A stretch of DNA of 64,000 nt from Acidobacteriota bacterium (GTDB taxonomy: Bacteria; Acidobacteriota; UBA890; WLXD01): NCBI GenBank assembly GCA_965248695.1, contig CBDFKD010000002.1, positions 608,001-672,000 on the forward strand, in the 5' to 3' direction. The position numbers were made by a program, and so were the translations under genes. Shown here in pieces: positions 18,724-28,456 of this stretch. A model generated the notes under the pieces. The model was given only the letters and a program-made list of their open reading frames with translations, made no database searches and had not been told where the DNA came from. The first letter of the stretch is position 1. Each line of letters begins with the position of its first letter.

Positions 18724-20553
18724 TCAGACCGAGACGGCGTCCGCCTCGGCCGGGCCGATCCCCATCGCGCTGTCGTACTGCAGTCGATACAGACAGGCGT
18801 AGATGCCGTCGATCGCCAGCAACTCCTCGTGCGTACCCTCCTCTCGCACCTGGCCGTGGTGCAGAACCACGATGCGGTCGACTTCGCGAATAGTGGAAAG
18901 TCGGTGCGCCACGATCAGAGCGGTTCGATCGGCTACCAGGGTGCGCAGCGCTCGCTGAATACGGGCTTCGGTTTCTGAATCGACGCTCGATGTGGCTTCG
19001 TCGAGAACCAGCACCGGCGGATTGGGGGCCAGGGCGCGCGCGAATGCGAGCAGCTGCCGCTCGCCGAACGACAGGTTGGCGCCGCGCTCGCCGAGACGGG
19101 TGTCGAACCGTTCTGGAAGCTCGTTGATGAACTCGGTCGCCTCGACGAGGCCGGCGGCGCGCTCTATCGCCGCATCATCGACGTCCCCTGCACCGAGTCC
19201 GATATTGGCGGCGATCGTGTCGGTAAAGAGGAACACGTCTTGAGGCACGGTGCCGAAGAAGCGCCGCAATGATCCGAGCTCGAACTCTCGGATATCCTTG
19301 CCGTCAACAGTGACTCGGCCTTCCTGCGCTTCGTACAAGCGCTGCAGAACCTTGACGACCGACGACTTGCCAGCGCCGGTAGCACCCACGAGCGCGACCT
19401 TCTCGCCACGCCGCAGCCGCAGGTTGATTCCCTGCAGAACCTGCTTCCCCTCGTCCGTTGCCTCGGCGTAGCCGAAGGTCAGGTTCTCGAGACGAATCTC
19501 GTCCTCGAAGGACTCGAGAGCAGGCGCGCCAGCGGCGCTGGTAATTGCCGGAGGCTCGTCGAGGAGGCCGAAGATCTTGTCAGTCGAGGCAGCGGCGCGC
19601 TGCAATGTGTCGTACTTGTCCGACAGATCCTCGAGCGGCATGTAGAAGCGCCGCATGTACTCGAGAAACTGCACCAACAGCCCCACCGTTACCGTGCCAC
19701 CGATAATCCCGAACCCTCCGTAAACGAGCACGAGGGCAGTTGAGACGGTCGTCGCTGCCTGCACCGAGGCAGACAGGAACGACGAGTAGCGGACTCCACG
19801 CAGATCGATACCCAGCAAATCGTCGCGCAGCGCGCGGAACTCGTCGCGCTTGCGCTCTTGCTGGCCGAACACCTGGATCACGCCCATCCCGGTCAACGAT
19901 TCCTGCAGAAAAGCGTTGAGACGGGCAACGAGCGTCCGCGAGCGATCGTACGTGTCTCGGAGTCTTAGACGCAGCGACGCAAGGATGCTCACCAGGACCG
20001 GAACCACGATGAACGACGCGAGCGTGAGGCGCCAATCGATCCAAGTCATGGCCGCCACAATGCCCACCAGCGTGACCAGGTCGCGCGCCATCGCCACGAT
20101 GCCCTGTGACATGAGCTCGTTGAGCGTTTCGACGTCGCTGGTAACCCGCGTCATCACCCGACCAATCGGATTACGGTCGAAGAACGACATCGACAATCGC
20201 TGCAGGTGACCGAAGGTGGCCATCCTAAGGTCGTGCATCATGCGCTGCCCGGCGAGCTGCATCAGATACAGCTGCAGGAACCGCATCGCCATCTCGCCGA
20301 CGAGGATGCCCAGGAACAACAGGATCAGCGTCCAGAGTCCGTCCAGCGCGGTCGGGTCACCAGCCGCCGCCGGCGTTACATGGCGGTCGATGGCGATGCG
20401 CAACAGATACGGCGCCGCTAGCTGCGCCGCAGCGAGCAGGGGCAAAGTGAGGCTCGCAAGTAGCAGGAGCTTGGCGTGCTCCTGCACGTACGGACGTAAC
20501 CGCCTCAGGGTTCGCAGGTCGCGACTGCGACGGTTCTCTCGCTCGGGGCGCAC
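18724..20553 (-). CDS. ABC exporter, fused permease-ATPase (heterodimer subunit B)
   Basis: TM domain; GATGAGKS, LSFGERQ, VLDEATS. Confidence 0.93.
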   Translation of the reverse strand: MRPERENRRSRDLRTLRRLRPYVQEHAKLLLLASLTLPLLAAAQLAAPYLLRIAIDRHVTPAAAGDPTALDGLWTLILLFLGILVGEMAMRFLQLYLMQLAGQRMMHDLRMATFGHLQRLSMSFFDRNPIGRVMTRVTSDVETLNELMSQGIVAMARDLVTLVGIVAAMTWIDWRLTLASFIVVPVLVSILASLRLRLRDTYDRSRTLVARLNAFLQESLTGMGVIQVFGQQERKRDEFRALRDDLLGIDLRGVRYSSFLSASVQAATTVSTALVLVYGGFGIIGGTVTVGLLVQFLEYMRRFYMPLEDLSDKYDTLQRAAASTDKIFGLLDEPPAITSAAGAPALESFEDEIRLENLTFGYAEATDEGKQVLQGINLRLRRGEKVALVGATGAGKSSVVKVLQRLYEAQEGRVTVDGKDIREFELGSLRRFFGTVPQDVFLFTDTIAANIGLGAGDVDDAAIERAAGLVEATEFINELPERFDTRLGERGANLSFGERQLLAFARALAPNPPVLVLDEATSSVDSETEARIQRALRTLVADRTALIVAHRLSTIREVDRIVVLHHGQVREEGTHEELLAIDGIYACLYRLQYDSAMGIGPAEADAVSV

Positions 20554-20555
20554 CG

Positions 20556-22349
20556 TCAGTACCTCTCCAGCCGGGCAGAGATCTGCTGCTGTTCGTGCAT
20601 CGCCGCGTACAGACCAGGCCGCGCGATCAGGTCTTCATGGCGGCCGGAGTCGATCACTCGCCCGGCGTCCATGACATAAATCCGATCCGCGTCCTGGACC
20701 GCCGTAATGCGATTGGAAACCGCGATGACCGACCGTCGCTGCCGTTCTTCCGCCAGCCCGCTCAGGATGCGCCGCTCTGTCTCTGTGTCGACGTTGGACA
20801 GAGCGTTGTCGAGCACCAGGACGGGCGCGTCCGTTATCAATGCACGGGCCAGCGCCACCCGTTGGCGCTGTCCACCGGAGAGGTTGAGCCCACGTTCGCC
20901 GGCCTCCGTTGCCATCCCCTCCGACAGCCCGTTCGTCGCCGGACCGAGGCCGGCGCGGCCGGCCGCGACGGTCACGTCCTCGGCATCAGCCGATGGGGCC
21001 CCGAAGGCGATGTTGGAGCTCACCGATGCCGAGAAAAGAAAGTCGTCCTGCGGCACATACGCCATGTGGTTTCGCAACTGTCCCAAATCGAGTGAGTTGA
21101 CGTCGGCGTCGCCGAAGTAGACCGCATCATCGGGCACCTCGACCAAACGCAGCAGGGCTTTGACCAGAGTGCTCTTGCCCGACCCGACCCGGCCGACCAG
21201 CGCCACGAACTCGCCGGGGGCAACGTCCAGATCGACGTCGACCAGGGCGGCTCGGCGAGCCTGCTGGCTGATCGAGATGGCGTCTCCGCCGAGCCCCGTA
21301 TATGCCGCCATCGCATCGGCATAGTGAAAAGTGAGGCCGCGCACGCTGATTCCGCCGCTCGCTTCCAGGGGCTGTGGCTGGGCGGGTGACGCGATCGTTT
21401 CCGGCGCTTTCAGGATCTGGTCAAGTCGCTCGAGTGCTGCCGATCCCCGTTGCAGCAAGCTGAGAATCCAGCCGAACGCGACCGTCGGGAAGGCCAGCAT
21501 AGCGACGTAGCTGATGAACGCGACGAGATCGCCAAGGCTGAGCTGGCCAGCGGCGACGAGGGGCGCGCCGAGGCCGAGCACGCCCACGTACGACAGCCCA
21601 CCGGTAAGACCGACCAGAGGGATCATCTGCGCTCGTGTCCAGGACTCCTCGAGCGCCCAACCGACGTACTCCTGCGAGCGTTTGTAGAAATGGTGTGTCT
21701 GCACATCCTGAAGATCGAATGAACGCACTACCTGCGCTCCGGCGAGGTTCTCCTGCACCGTCGTGTTCAGCGCTCCGAGCGCCTCACGCGACGACACCGC
21801 GTAGGCGCGCATCCGATGCGCCATCCCCCGGATGATCCACGCCATCACCGGAAGCGGCGCCAGCACGACAAGCGTGAGCTGCCAGCTCAGGGTGACCATG
21901 AAGCCAACGCCCAGAACCCAGAGTAAGACGGCGTTGGCGAAGTACAGCACGCCCGGGCCGCCCATGGCGCGCACCAGCATCACGTCGTTGGTCAGACGCG
22001 ACATCAGGTCCCCGGTGCTCAGTGCGTCATAGAAGCTCGGCGCCAGGCGCACGAGGCGTGCGTGGACAATCTCCTTGAGGTCGTACTCGACTCGGCGGGA
22101 GATTCCGAGGATCCAGGTGCGCGACACGATGCGTGTTGTAGCCTGGACGGCCGCGAGCGTGGCGATCACACCTCCATAGATCATCACCTGTCGGCGCGTG
22201 GCGCCGCTGCCGAGCGCGTCGACGGCGGCTCCAAAGACCCGCGGAATCGCCATGTACACCGCGTTCGTCACCAGCAGCGCCAGCACCCCGAAGATGTAGC
22301 CGAGCCGGTAGCGCGTGAACAAGTGCGCATAGGAACGCAACAAGGTCAT
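20556..22349 (-). CDS. ABC exporter, fused permease-ATPase (heterodimer subunit A, degenerate site)
   Basis: GRVGSGKS, LSGGQRQR, degenerate Walker B (VLDNA) and switch (SNR). Confidence 0.93.
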   Translation of the reverse strand: MTLLRSYAHLFTRYRLGYIFGVLALLVTNAVYMAIPRVFGAAVDALGSGATRRQVMIYGGVIATLAAVQATTRIVSRTWILGISRRVEYDLKEIVHARLVRLAPSFYDALSTGDLMSRLTNDVMLVRAMGGPGVLYFANAVLLWVLGVGFMVTLSWQLTLVVLAPLPVMAWIIRGMAHRMRAYAVSSREALGALNTTVQENLAGAQVVRSFDLQDVQTHHFYKRSQEYVGWALEESWTRAQMIPLVGLTGGLSYVGVLGLGAPLVAAGQLSLGDLVAFISYVAMLAFPTVAFGWILSLLQRGSAALERLDQILKAPETIASPAQPQPLEASGGISVRGLTFHYADAMAAYTGLGGDAISISQQARRAALVDVDLDVAPGEFVALVGRVGSGKSTLVKALLRLVEVPDDAVYFGDADVNSLDLGQLRNHMAYVPQDDFLFSASVSSNIAFGAPSADAEDVTVAAGRAGLGPATNGLSEGMATEAGERGLNLSGGQRQRVALARALITDAPVLVLDNALSNVDTETERRILSGLAEERQRRSVIAVSNRITAVQDADRIYVMDAGRVIDSGRHEDLIARPGLYAAMHEQQQISARLERY

Positions 22350-22379
22350 TCGGGGTCTCCGCGAACGAGGACGACTCGA

Positions 22380-22985
22380 CTACTGCACCGACGGAGGTTG
22401 CAACAGGAAAGCCCGCAGCGCGAACAGGTAGCCGCGCCAGACCTGCAGCTGGGCTTCGAGCTCCGGTGTGTCACGAAAGCCGGAATGCTCCAGCGTCATG
22501 GTCGTGCGGCCTTCCTCGACCTCCTCGAAGGTAAGCGTAACGACCGATTCGTAGGCACCGGCGGGAAACACCTCCGCCGGCGGGAGCCATGTGAACACGA
22601 GGCGGTCCGGTCGTTCGACCTCCAGGTAGCGGCCCCGCCACTCGCCCTCGTAGCCTTCCCAGCCGAAACGGAACTCCTCGTCTTCGCTGACCGTCATCTC
22701 GGCCCAGTGCGGCAACCACTCCACCAGCTGGTTGGCATCCGTCCAGGCATCGAAAGCAATGTCGGGGCTCACCGGCAGCGCCAGCACGAGTCGAGCAACA
22801 CGATCAACTTGCAGGATTTCTACGGAACTCTGCCCTTGCGGACGCAGGATCTGAGTCGCGCCGGCGCCGCGTCCCGTCCCCGCCACCAGCACCGCCAGCC
22901 CCAGAAGCGCTGCCGCCCTTGCGACCCCTAGCACCCTGGACAAACTGGCTCTGCGCCCCGATCGCCGCGCTGCTTCAAGCTTCAT
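22380..22985 (-). CDS. Secreted SRPBCC/AHSA1-like protein
   Basis: AFDAWTD...W, YLEVERPDRLVFTW, TTMTLEHSGF; signal-like N-terminus. Confidence 0.82.
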   Translation of the reverse strand: MKLEAARRSGRRASLSRVLGVARAAALLGLAVLVAGTGRGAGATQILRPQGQSSVEILQVDRVARLVLALPVSPDIAFDAWTDANQLVEWLPHWAEMTVSEDEEFRFGWEGYEGEWRGRYLEVERPDRLVFTWLPPAEVFPAGAYESVVTLTFEEVEEGRTTMTLEHSGFRDTPELEAQLQVWRGYLFALRAFLLQPPSVQ

Positions 22986-23114
22986 GCCGTCCCTGCCCCG
23001 TTGAGACACTGCGCGTGCAGCCCACGCTGATGGAGCGAGGTTACTGAAAAAGGGCCGCGACCGCTATGCAGGCCAGGCGTAGGCACGACTCCGCGGCGCC
23101 CGTGGGCCACCACT

Positions 23115-24296
23115 TCAGACAACGCCGTCGGCGCGCAGGGACGCTATCTCAGCCTTGGCGTAGCCGAGCCCGGCGAGGATCTCGTCGGTGTGCTCCCCGA
23201 GCGCCGGTGGCCGCTTGATCGGCTCGCCGCGTGTGCCATCGATGCGGATCGGGCTACCCACGACCGCGAGGTCTCCGGAGTCAATGTCCTGCACCAGGCC
23301 GCTGGCAAGATCGATCTCCTCGTCGAGCGCCTCGGCAACCGACCGCACGAGCCCACACGGGACCCGTACGGCGCCCAACCGCTCGAGCCAGTGTTCGCTG
23401 GAGTGCTCAGTCAATCGCGTCTCGATCAGCGCTTCGAGCTCGTCGCGGCGCTCGACACGGCCGGCATTGGTACAGAAGCGCTCGTCATCAACGATCTCCA
23501 TCATCTCCAGCGCCGAACAGAAACGGCGCCACAGAGAATCGCTTGCGACGCCGATAACGACGGTGCCGTCGGCAGTGGGAAACGGACGATACGGCACCAG
23601 GCTCGGGTGCGCGTTGCCGAGTCGACGCGGCACTACACCAGCGGCCAGATACTGTTGCGCCTGGAACGTGAAAGTGGAGATCAACGCATCGTTCAGCGCG
23701 ATCTCCACGTGGGCACCGCGACCGGTACGCTGCCGTTTCAGCAGAGCTGCCAGCACGCCCTGGACCAGGTAGAGGCCGGCGACCTCGTCAGCAATCGATA
23801 TGCCGGCCTTGGTGGCGTCTCCGTCAACCGGGCCGGTCATGTCCATGAGACCCGACTCGGCCTGAATCACCAGATCGAACGCCGGTCGCGAAGCACGCGC
23901 GTCCTCTTCCCCGTAGCCGCTGATCACGCAATAGACCAGCCCGGGCGCACGTCGGCGGACGGCGTCATACCCGAAACCCAACTGACTCATCAGGCCGGAA
24001 CGAAAGTTGGAAACAACTACGTCCGCCCGCTCCAGCAGACGCCACAACACCTCGCAGCCCGCCGCGCTCTTCAAATCAAGCGTCAGACTGCGCTTGTTGC
24101 GATTCACCGACAGAAAGTAGGTAGCGGTGCCGCGTAGGAATGGAGGACCCCAGTGACGGGTGTCATCGCCCGCACCAGGTCGCTCGATCTTGACTACGTC
24201 AGCGCCGAGATCCCCGAGGATCATCGTCGCGAAGGGCCCGGCGAGGATCCGCGTCAGATCGACGACCATCACGTCTTGAAGCGTCGGGCTCGTCAT
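23115..24296 (-). CDS. CoA transferase family III (CaiB/BaiF)
   Basis: DLTRILAGP, LGADVVKIE, NRNKRS, PPALGEHT. Confidence 0.94.
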   Translation of the reverse strand: MTSPTLQDVMVVDLTRILAGPFATMILGDLGADVVKIERPGAGDDTRHWGPPFLRGTATYFLSVNRNKRSLTLDLKSAAGCEVLWRLLERADVVVSNFRSGLMSQLGFGYDAVRRRAPGLVYCVISGYGEEDARASRPAFDLVIQAESGLMDMTGPVDGDATKAGISIADEVAGLYLVQGVLAALLKRQRTGRGAHVEIALNDALISTFTFQAQQYLAAGVVPRRLGNAHPSLVPYRPFPTADGTVVIGVASDSLWRRFCSALEMMEIVDDERFCTNAGRVERRDELEALIETRLTEHSSEHWLERLGAVRVPCGLVRSVAEALDEEIDLASGLVQDIDSGDLAVVGSPIRIDGTRGEPIKRPPALGEHTDEILAGLGYAKAEIASLRADGVV

Positions 24297-24411
24297 GAAT
24301 GTGCGTTTCCGGACCTATTAGCGTCCGCTAAGCGGTTTTCCCGGGCCACTCTATAGACAGGCTCCAAGGGCGTCGCTATTATGCACGCGCAGCCAACCGC
24401 TGGGAGGCACC

Positions 24412-24762
24412 TTGGCATCGCAGAAACCCTTTTCTGCCCGTATCTCTTTCGCCCCGGGAGAGTTTCTCGAGGGTGCTGATCGCGACCACGAAGCCTGCCG
24501 CAGCCTCTGGGTCGCAGTAATCCACAAGGCCATGAAGGATCTGGCGTACGCCTGCGCCAAGGGAACCCAGCCGGCGTTGACGCCCAGCGAGCGCGAAAAG
24601 CTACAGCGCATCTTCGAGCTGGACACCCCGGAAGAGTTCTTCCACAGCAACTGGTTCGAGGAGATCTGCCGGTACCTCGAACTGTCAGCGTCACGGATCC
24701 GTAACGAGATTCTGACGCGCTACGCGCAGGAAGCGCGCGGGCCCGCGGCGATCAACCGGTAA
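24412..24762 (+). CDS. Uncharacterised small protein, paralog A of the LWxxVI..D / F..IC..L family
   Basis: GGGAGG RBS then TTG; clear similarity to the ORFs at 26717 and 39841. Confidence 0.8.
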   Translation: MASQKPFSARISFAPGEFLEGADRDHEACRSLWVAVIHKAMKDLAYACAKGTQPALTPSEREKLQRIFELDTPEEFFHSNWFEEICRYLELSASRIRNEILTRYAQEARGPAAINR

Positions 24763-24770
24763 CGGGCGCT

Positions 24771-25265
24771 TCAGTCGCGCCGGCGGGCGGCGCGTCCAGG
24801 CCGATATCCAGCGTCGTGGCGGCGCACTCTATAAGGGAGCTCGGCGGGCTCTACCTCGACCACCGTTCCCTCCGGGAACAGCGGCGCCAGTTTCAGATCC
24901 GGAAGCGGCACACCGTCGTCGTCACCGGCAGCGCGGGCAGCGACGATCGTGCACAGCGCGTCGACCGCGTTCCGCAACTCCTCGAGATGCACGCCCTCGA
25001 CCCCTGGAACGCCGTCGGCAATCAGAACACGCGCGCTGTTGATCTTGGAACGCGCCCCGCGCCAGTTGCCCCTGTGCGCGTGCAACAAGCCGGCGGCAAG
25101 GTGAATCAAGCCCTTGCTGAACATGTCGCGCTCACGAAGCCACAGCAGCTCCAGTTCTTCGTGCGCATGCCAGTACTCACCGCGATCGAAGCGCGCGACG
25201 AATCTACGAAACTCGAGGGGAACAGCCGTGACCTGCTTCACGAGGCCGCCCTCTACTCGGGCCAC
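24771..25265 (-). CDS. DUF309 family protein
   Basis: FDRGEYWHAHEELELLW...KGLIHLAAGLLH...GNWRGA. Start uncertain. Confidence 0.82.
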   Translation of the reverse strand: MARVEGGLVKQVTAVPLEFRRFVARFDRGEYWHAHEELELLWLRERDMFSKGLIHLAAGLLHAHRGNWRGARSKINSARVLIADGVPGVEGVHLEELRNAVDALCTIVAARAAGDDDGVPLPDLKLAPLFPEGTVVEVEPAELPYRVRRHDAGYRPGRAARRRD

Positions 25266-25870
25266 GGCTCGCCGAAACCCGCCATTCGCGGACGGCGATC
25301 GATGGGCCGTTGGGCGATCGATTCGCGTGAGCCGTGACGCATGACGGTCAATTGCCTTGGCTTCATTTCCTCGAAGAAACCGTCGATCTCGTGAGTCGAC
25401 ACGGGCCGCGGCGGTCGCGGCCAGTCCGTCGAAGCAAACGCCAGCCGCGATTCGCTGACGATGCGGTAACGGAGGCTCGGCGGATCCGTCCGCCCGTCAC
25501 CGTCAAAGATGGCGAAGATCGCGCCGCCGGGCACAAGCACGGCACGAAGGTCGGCGACCGTCTGCCGCGCACGCTCCTTGGACAGCAACGTCAGCAAATT
25601 CCAGCACACGATCCCGCCGTATTCGACTTCGGAGAGGCCGAGTGCGGTACCGCGCTCCAGGCGCGCCGCCAGATCGAGGGCCGACACCCGATGGCCGCGC
25701 TGGGCCCAGAAGGTTATGTTCGATGGCGTGGTCGGCCCGAGGTCCAGCACCGGGAATTCAGCACCGAGCCGCGATACGGTCCGAGCGAAGCGCTCGAAGA
25801 GGACCGAGTGGTAGTCGCTGGCAGCCAACTCGGTGTTCTCCAGAGCGCGGCCCTGCCGTCGCAACACCAT
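25253..25870 (-). CDS. SAM-methyltransferase-fold protein
   Basis: VLDLGP, GIVCWNLL, VLVPGG; lies downstream of the bactofilin gene. Confidence 0.7.
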   Translation of the reverse strand: MVLRRQGRALENTELAASDYHSVLFERFARTVSRLGAEFPVLDLGPTTPSNITFWAQRGHRVSALDLAARLERGTALGLSEVEYGGIVCWNLLTLLSKERARQTVADLRAVLVPGGAIFAIFDGDGRTDPPSLRYRIVSESRLAFASTDWPRPPRPVSTHEIDGFFEEMKPRQLTVMRHGSRESIAQRPIDRRPRMAGFGEPWPE

Positions 25871-25885
25871 CGATGGCCGTTCGAG

Positions 25886-26434
25886 CTATCCGGCGGAGGC
25901 TGGCGTCTTGTTGACCGTCTTCGCCGCCGCGGCCTTAGGCCTTCGAGCTGCCTCTAGAGGCGGGGCCGCCTTGACCTCGCGCGGCCGCTTCTCGACGACG
26001 GGCACCGCCGGCTGGTCCGCGGCCGACGGCTCCATCTCGACGCTCCCCTTGAAGTACGCCCCGTCCCGGATCTGGAGCGACGGCGTCTTGATGTTCCCGG
26101 TGAGCGAGGCGGTCGGCCCCAGTACGAGCGTGCCGACGGCGTGCACGTCACCCTTGACGGTGCCCTCCACCATTATCTTCGTGCCCTTGATCAGCGCCTG
26201 TACCTGCGCCTGCTTGGCTATCAGCAGCTTCTCCCGAGCGTGAATCTGGCCTTCCACCTTGCCGAGGATCGTGAGGTCCTCCTCACAGTTGATCGTGCCG
26301 TTCACGTGGACACGCTCACCCAGGGTCGAGCCACCCGTCGCGCGGGCCGGAGCCGCAAGCGGAGGGACAGCAGCCTGCGGTGGTGGCGGAGCGGAGCCGA
26401 TATTGTCTTTCTCGTCGTTATCGAACCAACCCAT
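25886..26434 (-). CDS. Bactofilin (polymer-forming cytoskeletal protein)
   Basis: Beta-helix repeats GTINCEEDLTILGKVEG...GAYFKGSVEM; N-terminal MGWF membrane-targeting-like motif; GGAGG RBS before 26434. Confidence 0.9.
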   Translation of the reverse strand: MGWFDNDEKDNIGSAPPPPQAAVPPLAAPARATGGSTLGERVHVNGTINCEEDLTILGKVEGQIHAREKLLIAKQAQVQALIKGTKIMVEGTVKGDVHAVGTLVLGPTASLTGNIKTPSLQIRDGAYFKGSVEMEPSAADQPAVPVVEKRPREVKAAPPLEAARRPKAAAAKTVNKTPASAG

Positions 26435-26588
26435 CGGTGTCCTCCGATTTGTCCCCAGGCATCGCTGCATAAGGGTATCTACCGCGCGGCGCGAGCGAAA
26501 GGAGCAACGACCTTTCCGCCTTAAGTTCGCCTTGGGCTGCATTTCGCCCACGAAGCGCCGGGTTAAGTCTAGTTATATCTTCCACTTA

Positions 26589-26621
26589 TCAGTATTAGTC
26601 AGTATTAGTCAGTATTAGTCA
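26589..26621. repeat. Three perfect 10-bp direct repeats (TCAGTATTAG) in an AT-rich divergent intergenic region
   Basis: AGTATTAGTC x3 at 26591-26620, followed by palindromes TCAATTGA and CATTTAAATG and a TTGACA at 26647. Confidence 0.9.
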
Positions 26622-26716
26622 TTTAAATAAATTAGTAGAACATCAATTGACATTTAAATGACTGTAAACTACATCTTTAATCAACATTCGATATGAAAAC
26701 TATCTGGAGGTTGGTT

Positions 26717-27091
26717 ATGGTATTTAATAGTCATTTAAACGTTCGGCGTTCCCGCCCCCGACTCGAGCGCGAGGTCGCGCCGGCCGGTTCCATCCATGCC
26801 GCCCAGTACCTCACCGGAACTCCCGAGTCAGTGCTCTGGGGAGAGGTGTTGTTGCGTGCCATCGACGATTTCAAAATCTACACCTCGCATCGACAGGATC
26901 CCGAAGCGAACCCGGTGTCGGCCAAGACTCTGCGATCTATCCTCGCCGACGGTTGTGACCCCGAATACTGGTTCTTCGGCGAGAACACCGGCTTTGACGC
27001 AGTGTGCATGGTGCTCAACATCGAGCCCGACGTCATTCGTCGCCACCTTCGTGCGTGGGTCGACGATATCGGCGACGAGCTGCAGTACTGA
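26717..27091 (+). CDS. Uncharacterised small protein, paralog C of the LWxxVI..D / F..IC..L family
   Basis: GGAGG at 26706-26710 before ATG 26717; LWGEVLLRAIDD...WFF...FDAVCMVLNIEPDVIR. Confidence 0.8.
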   Translation: MVFNSHLNVRRSRPRLEREVAPAGSIHAAQYLTGTPESVLWGEVLLRAIDDFKIYTSHRQDPEANPVSAKTLRSILADGCDPEYWFFGENTGFDAVCMVLNIEPDVIRRHLRAWVDDIGDELQY

Positions 27092-27231
27092 CGAGAAGCC
27101 GGGTGACTCAAGGGGACGGCTATTGATCGTCGAGCGAGCCTGGATGTCAGGCACCCCGAGCGCCGCAGAGCTCGGCTTGTCGATATACTCGCCTCTTGGT
27201 ATTGACTACTCGTCAGCCGGAGATGCGAGCG

Positions 27232-27465
27232 ATGAAGATCACCCTGACGTATTGCGCAGCTTGAGGGTATGAGCCTCAGGCCGTCAGTCTGACGGCCAAG
27301 ATTCTCTCCGAGTTCAAGCAGGGCATCTCGACGATGAGCTTGCTGCCGCAGGCAGGCGGAAAGTTCGAGCTTGAGGTCGACGGTGAGCTTGTGCACTCGA
27401 AGCTGGCGACGGGATCGTTCCCGGACGAAGACGCCACACTGCAGCTTCTGCGCGAGCGTTCCTGA
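27232..27465 (+). CDS. SelT/SelW/SelH (Rdx) family selenoprotein, CxxU
   Basis: MKITLTYCAAUGYEPQAVSL...GGKFELEVDGELVHSKLATGSFPDED (77 aa); in-frame TGA at 27262-27264 in the CxxU position; absent from the ORF track. Confidence 0.9.
27279..27297 (+). promoter_or_regulatory. Candidate bacterial SECIS hairpin
   Basis: GGCCGTC-AGTCT-GACGGCC perfect stem with a G-containing loop, separated from the UGA by 14 nt. Confidence 0.7.
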
Positions 27466-27468
27466 GCA

Positions 27469-28302
27469 CTACCGTTGACAGCGCGGGCAGTAGTACGTCG
27501 ACCGCCCCGCCTGGACGATTCGCCGGATCGTCGCCGCGCATCGTCGACACTCGTCACCGGCGCGATCGTAGACCTGCAGTCGCACTGCAAAGTAGCCGCG
27601 ATCTCCATCGACATCACGAAAGTCGCTGAGCGTAGTGCCACCTTGCTGTAGGGCGGCCCCGAGCACCTCGAGGCACGCGGCGTGCAGACGGTGCCAGCGA
27701 GCCGCCGCGATCCGGCCGCTAGCCGTCCTCGGGTGGATGCGAGCTAGCCACAGAGCTTCGCTGGCGTAGATGTTGCCGATCCCGGTGACCGTGCGGGCGT
27801 CCATAAGTAGATTCTTGACCGGACGTCGGCGACCTCGAGCCGCGGCGTGCAGATACTCGGGCGTGAAGCTGGCGCCCAGGGGGTCTGGGCCGAGACGGGC
27901 GAAGAGCCGATGACTATCGAGGCAGGCTCGGGAAATGACGAGCATCAAGCCGAAGCGGCGAGGATCGTTGTAGCGCAACTCCCGAGTCGACGACGGCCCT
28001 GACGACCACCAAAGACTCACGTGGTCATGCCGCAAGTGTGCCGCAGTCGGAGCGGACCAGACCAGGCGACCGCTCATGCCGAGATGGATGACGAGCACAT
28101 CGTCGGCTGACGTGTCGAGCAGCAGATACTTGGCACGCCGCCGCACGGCCTCAACGCGGCTGCCCACGAGGCGCTGCAGGGCGGCGATATCGATCGTCTC
28201 CCGTAACCGCGGCTCGCGCACCACGACGCGCTCGAGCCGTGCCCCGAGCAGCCGCGGCTCCAGTCCTTGACGAACTGTCTCGACCTCGGGCAGCTCAGGC
28301 AT
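27469..28302 (-). CDS. mutM: Formamidopyrimidine-DNA glycosylase
   Basis: MPELPEVE, RRAKYL, HLGMSG, DPRRFG, GIGNIYASE, C-terminal zinc finger. Confidence 0.97.
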   Translation of the reverse strand: MPELPEVETVRQGLEPRLLGARLERVVVREPRLRETIDIAALQRLVGSRVEAVRRRAKYLLLDTSADDVLVIHLGMSGRLVWSAPTAAHLRHDHVSLWWSSGPSSTRELRYNDPRRFGLMLVISRACLDSHRLFARLGPDPLGASFTPEYLHAAARGRRRPVKNLLMDARTVTGIGNIYASEALWLARIHPRTASGRIAAARWHRLHAACLEVLGAALQQGGTTLSDFRDVDGDRGYFAVRLQVYDRAGDECRRCAATIRRIVQAGRSTYYCPRCQR

Positions 28303-28378
28303 TTGTCGGGCGGACCATCTGCCGGGCAACTGTTACGCAGCGACGGCCTCGGTTTGCGGAACGGGGGCCAATGAACGG

Positions 28379-28411
28379 AAAAAAGGGAGCGGGACGCATT
28401 CGCCCGCTCCC
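28379..28411 (-). terminator. Intrinsic terminator after the H1-like gene
   Basis: Minus strand GGGAGCGGG-loop-CCCGCTCCC followed by TTTTTT. Confidence 0.85.
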
Positions 28412-28456
28412 TCCTTTCTCGACGTTGTAGCTCGTTGTTAGGACGCGCTTCGAGAG

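Noticed and set aside
26560-26745. Chromosomal oriC
   Set aside because: No clear DnaA boxes and no dnaA/dnaN/gidA neighbourhood; kept only as a regulatory finding.
26796-27272. ORF 26796-27272 as the gene in the 27.1-27.5 kb gap
   Set aside because: It overlaps paralog C out of frame and has no motif; the gap is explained by the selenoprotein at 27232-27465.
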